Positions 62,361 to 64,000 of a DNA stretch of 64,000 bases are shown piece after piece. Under the pieces are notes generated by a model. That model did not search any database. It was not told the origin of the DNA and was given only the letters and a program-made list of their open reading frames with translations. The position numbers were made by a program, and so were the translations under genes. Origin of the DNA: Phoronis australis (lineage: Eukaryota; Animalia; Phoronida); contig NMRA01000204.1 in the NCBI GenBank assembly GCA_002633005.1, positions 630,042 through 694,041 of the forward strand. The letters are read 5' to 3'. The stretch's first letter is position 1. Each line of letters opens with the position of its first letter.

Positions 62361-63236
62361 CTGAAATACAGGTTAACCAGGCCTTAATGGACCACAGAAA
62401 GAACAGATGAGTCGAGGAAAATATTTTCTTTAATATATTGAAATATATCACATTTTTGCTCAATGAATTCCCAGGTGGCACATATAATGCTCGCCGATCC
62501 AACCTCAGATTGTGTTTGACGACCAGGGAAAAATCCCACGTTGCCACAAAGTTGCCAAAGTCAGATAATACTTCCCCCGAAATTTGTTTCAAAGTTTGTG
62601 TTAATTACCAAGCTTTAAATTACTAACAGTATTCCTAGATTTAATACCTTTGGTACACAATTATTACGATTACTGGTATTTCATAAAATAAATGCATTCT
62701 CCACCCAGCAGTCAGCACACATCAAACGTGCTTAAATTTCAACAGCAAGTAAACAGACAGAAGTCAGAATTGTTTAGCATAAATCGCGGAAGATCAATGA
62801 AACACGTGCTTCCAGTGTATGCATTCTATCTTTGTTGGCAGGAGGAACTGAGTTAGAGATTGAATGGCACATATTTTTACGGGAAGAGATTGATGAATTA
62901 TGCACAAGTTTTTGAGAACCGACGATGGCAAGACTTTTTTAGTTGATGATTTTGATGTCAGTTTTGGCGACCTCAGATTTCATTTGGCGACCTGGGATTT
63001 TCATTAAGTTGCCGAATGCGACTTGGCATCAAGCTAGATGTCAAGCACAGAATGATATACAGTGTAAACATTAACAGTCGAATGTTTGCATCAGTCCTAA
63101 AGCATAATTCCCACGGTTCGCTAGAGGGTGAGTTTTCGCATCATTTGACATAGTTTAAAGATGAGATTCTAGGCACTTTACCTTGGACAAAATTTTGGAA
63201 GTTGAAAGAAATACAATTCAAGACTGAAAAAAATTC

Positions 63237-63325
63237 TTTTTATTTATTTATTATTTATTAATGTAATATTCACAATGAGGGTAGTCCCATCAGTTCACAC
63301 TGCTTTCTATGGGGGCCCTCACTAA
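63237..63325 (-). mobile_element. Possible LINE 3' tail
   Basis: The minus strand gagggcccccatagaaagcag...ctgatgggactaccctc ends in (TAAA)n-like repeats, a stem-loop plus simple-repeat tail typical of CR1/L2-clade ends. Confidence 0.4.
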
Positions 63326-63547
63326 AAACGTAGAAACAGTAACACAAACTAACAGAATTACAAAATGAAAGACAATATTAAATAATCAGCAAAGAATAAG
63401 AAATTAACATGGAAAGACCGATGAAACAAAATAAAAAAATAAAATATGATAAATAGAAGATAAAGAAAGTAAAGACAAGATGATTAACTAAAATATAAAT
63501 AAAAATAATTAAAAACAGACAATAAATAATTAATAAAAGTAAGACAT

Positions 63548-63550
<3 letters not shown>

Positions 63551-63622
<72 letters not shown>

Positions 63623-63920
63623 GCATGTATACACATACACTCTTACACACACACACACACATAAATACATTACATACATAAACACATATACATACATAAT
63701 ATATAAATACACACTAATATACATACATACATACATACATACATACATACATACATACATACATACATAATATACAAATACACACTAATATACATACATA
63801 TATACATACATACATACATACATACATACATACATACATACATACATACGTAAGTACATAAATACAAACATACACATGAATACACAACTACATACACACA
63901 CATACACACATATACACATG
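63551..63920. repeat. Compound microsatellite (AT)n/(CA)n/(TACA)n
   Basis: About 35 AT units, then CA and TACA runs. Confidence 0.98.
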
Positions 63921-64000
63921 AATTAAATGTAACAGAGAAAGTCTCCACTGAACCTCAAAATATGTATTTTCTCTCATCAGGCATTCGTTTCAGTTCAATT

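Noticed and set aside
63378-63948. ORFs rich in YI/VCMY repeats
   Set aside because: They are translations of microsatellites.

Overview
Intron-rich, AT-rich eukaryotic DNA from an invertebrate animal: it carries a SHARK/HTK16-type kinase, which vertebrates lack. I assembled four spliced genes by hand. (1) The last two coding exons of a phospholipid scramblase (+). (2) A complete 3-exon RNF7/RBX2 (-). (3) A complete 19-exon SH2-ankyrin-SH2-tyrosine kinase SHARK/HTK16 (+, about 830 aa), head-to-head with RNF7 across 360 bp. (4) 27 exons of a 5'-truncated ABCC5/MRP5-like transporter (-), including one GC-AG intron. The introns hold MITEs, tRNA-derived SINE relics, LINE fragments, a decayed THAP transposon ORF, and several copies of a Helentron/DINE-like element carrying about 150-bp-spaced CTCF-like motifs. 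The most unusual signal is that at least eight unrelated tandem arrays (20-82 bp units) sit directly on real splice sites of SHARK and ABCC5. Each copies the exon/intron junction or the sequence feeding into it, often with an AG|GT core, and produces rows of decoy donors or acceptors. All coordinates were read by eye; no database search was run.
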